DNA of 35,924 nucleotides from Chloroflexota bacterium (lineage in GTDB: Bacteria; Chloroflexota; Dehalococcoidia; SM23-28-2; RBG-16-64-32), in contig JADFRV010000003.1 of NCBI GenBank assembly GCA_022561095.1, forward strand, positions 1 to 35,924, given 5' to 3'. The position numbers and the translations under genes are program-made. This document shows, piece after piece, positions 34,498 to 35,924 of this stretch (positions within the stretch are counted from its first letter, which is position 1; each line of letters starts with the position of its first letter). Below the pieces are notes generated by a model. The model saw only the letters and a list, made by a program, of their open reading frames with translations, was not told where the DNA came from and made no database searches.

Positions 34498-35223
34498 CTA
34501 CCGTCCATGCTTCTTGCCGATCAAGAAGCCTCTTCCCCCTTTGGGGATGCCTTCTGGGGTCTTTTCGCTGTGCGGTTCGTAGTAGAAGCCCCGGAACTCT
34601 GCGCTCCCGAAGCCGGCCGCCCTCACCATACCCTCCAGGCACTGGGGCCCGTATATCCACCAATTGGTCGGATCACCCATGTAGGCGCCCTCGATGAACC
34701 TGCCCATGGAGATGAGGGCAGGGTCGAGGAGGAACACGCTTTCGATAAGGATCGTGTCAGTGCAGACGGCAGCCAGCTTCGATAGCACGTTCGTAGGGTC
34801 CGGTATGTGATACATCAGTCCTGTGCAGATGACGATGTCGAAGGTGCCGAGGCTGGCATCGACCTTGTGGGCGTCGTCGTTTATGAACTGTACGTCAAGC
34901 CCAAGGAGGTTGGAGAGGTACTGCGCTTGCCGGACGTAGCGGGGGTCCAGTTCCACCCCCAGCACGCGCTCGGCGCCCCTGCGTTTGGCCACGAAGCTGT
35001 AGTATCCGGCGTTGCAGCCCGCGTCCAGGACGGTCTTGCCGGAGAAATCGCGCGGGAAGCCGAGGCGGTCCAGCGAGGCCAGGACGGAGTCACCGTCATG
35101 GATCCCCTCGATCTTCAGCCAGTCCGCCAGGTGAAAGGAGTGGTACCAGGGTTCCAGCCGCTTGACGGCGCTCAGTATCTCTTTTCTCTCCTCGGTAGAA
35201 TGCACATCTAGATGCCAATTCAA
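34498..35223 (-). CDS. SAM-dependent methyltransferase (CmoB/DUF1698-like)
   Basis: PWYHSF, GKTVLDAGCNAGYYS, GAERVLGVE, FDIVICTGLMYH, DPTNWW; AGGAG RBS plus TTG at 35223. Confidence 0.85.
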   Translation of the reverse strand: MNWHLDVHSTEERKEILSAVKRLEPWYHSFHLADWLKIEGIHDGDSVLASLDRLGFPRDFSGKTVLDAGCNAGYYSFVAKRRGAERVLGVELDPRYVRQAQYLSNLLGLDVQFINDDAHKVDASLGTFDIVICTGLMYHIPDPTNVLSKLAAVCTDTILIESVFLLDPALISMGRFIEGAYMGDPTNWWIYGPQCLEGMVRAAGFGSAEFRGFYYEPHSEKTPEGIPKGGRGFLIGKKHGR

Positions 35224-35364
35224 ATCTTCTCCTCGCTTTCGGTAAACAGCGTGTCGGCACAAGCCGCAGCACAATCTCGTGCCGCTGCGACGACTCTCGC
35301 AGGTCGTGCAGGTCCATGTTCGAGCTGTCTCACCGTAGTAGTATGGGGCGGGGGTGCGACGTGC

Positions 35365-35924
35365 TCACTCCTTAGTAACGTAATATCGAAAACTTACCCA
35401 GTCCTGAGGTGCCGGCGGGGTTTGATCTTGCATCACGTCCACGATTTTGGCTCCATGCGCTTCGAGAGAGGCTACAACCTCCTCTGGCTTTATCCCATAC
35501 ATCTCCATCCTTGGCTGGTTAGGGCTCTTCGCTCCTGGCTTGTCGCCACGGGCCTCTAGTATTGGTTCGCTTGGCTGTTGAAATATTAGCAGGCCATGTG
35601 GGATAAGTATCCGCACAAATTCCTTTATATAGTTCTTAGAATATCGTGGTGCGATGTGTTGAAGCGTAATGTTTGTATAAATAAGGTCGAACCTATTATC
35701 GGCGAATAACTTGAGGTCAGCAGTCTCATTCAGATAGTATCTGCATCTATCGCCGCGGCTATTGAATTTGTTAGCTCGCTCGATCATAGATGGGGCGATA
35801 TCAACGCCATCAACTTCGTCGAAATAATTGGCAAGCGCCTGAGTTAACCTTCCAACACCACAGCCAAAGTCGAGCGCTTTTCTGCGTGCAGTATTGAGAC
35901 CCAATGATTCGACATGCCTAATGA
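35365..35924 (-). CDS. Class I SAM-dependent methyltransferase, 5'-truncated by the window edge
   Basis: ALDFGCGVGR, GVDIAPSM, FDLIY..ITLQH; frame open to the window end; noticeably AT-richer. Confidence 0.88.
   Translation of the reverse strand, partial: IRHVESLGLNTARRKALDFGCGVGRLTQALANYFDEVDGVDIAPSMIERANKFNSRGDRCRYYLNETADLKLFADNRFDLIYTNITLQHIAPRYSKNYIKEFVRILIPHGLLIFQQPSEPILEARGDKPGAKSPNQPRMEMYGIKPEEVVASLEAHGAKIVDVMQDQTPPAPQDWVSFRYYVTKE

Overview
GC-rich bacterial DNA, probably Chloroflexota/Dehalococcoidia-like. That lineage is inferred from gene-family style and not verified. The window has three parts. (1) 1-6543 is an accessory region: a GAF-GGDEF-EAL protein, a split alpha/beta-hydrolase-class III cyclase pseudogene with an SRPBCC gene inserted in it, a methyltransferase and several small ORFs. 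Each module is bracketed by copies of a ~40-bp repeat that contains a sigma70-promoter-like core. The region ends at integrase arm-like repeats and a tRNA-Phe 3' fragment (attR-like). (2) 6577-27645 is mostly metabolic: a CaiB CoA-transferase, an intergenic pair of structured RNA candidates, a MacB/FtsX-type ABC exporter, a circularly permuted cupredoxin lipoprotein bounded by a 60-bp direct repeat, a membrane-sensor-LuxR fusion, a branched-chain 2-oxoacid dehydrogenase operon with two E1-alpha paralogs plus lipB, an Ltp3/Ltp4-like thiolase-fold pair with two DUF35 proteins, a cupin, an acyl-CoA dehydrogenase, an SRPBCC protein, tRNA-Gly(GCC) and tRNA-Leu(CAA). (3) After tRNA-Leu comes a second accessory region. 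It opens with the same arm-like repeat and is divided by three dif/Xer-like CACTAA-N6-TTAGTG sites into gene modules (NAGPA glycosidase, methyltransferases, flavin monooxygenase, GTDC1-like glycosyltransferase). No integrase, transposase or CRISPR array is visible. All calls come from manual reading; no database searches were run.
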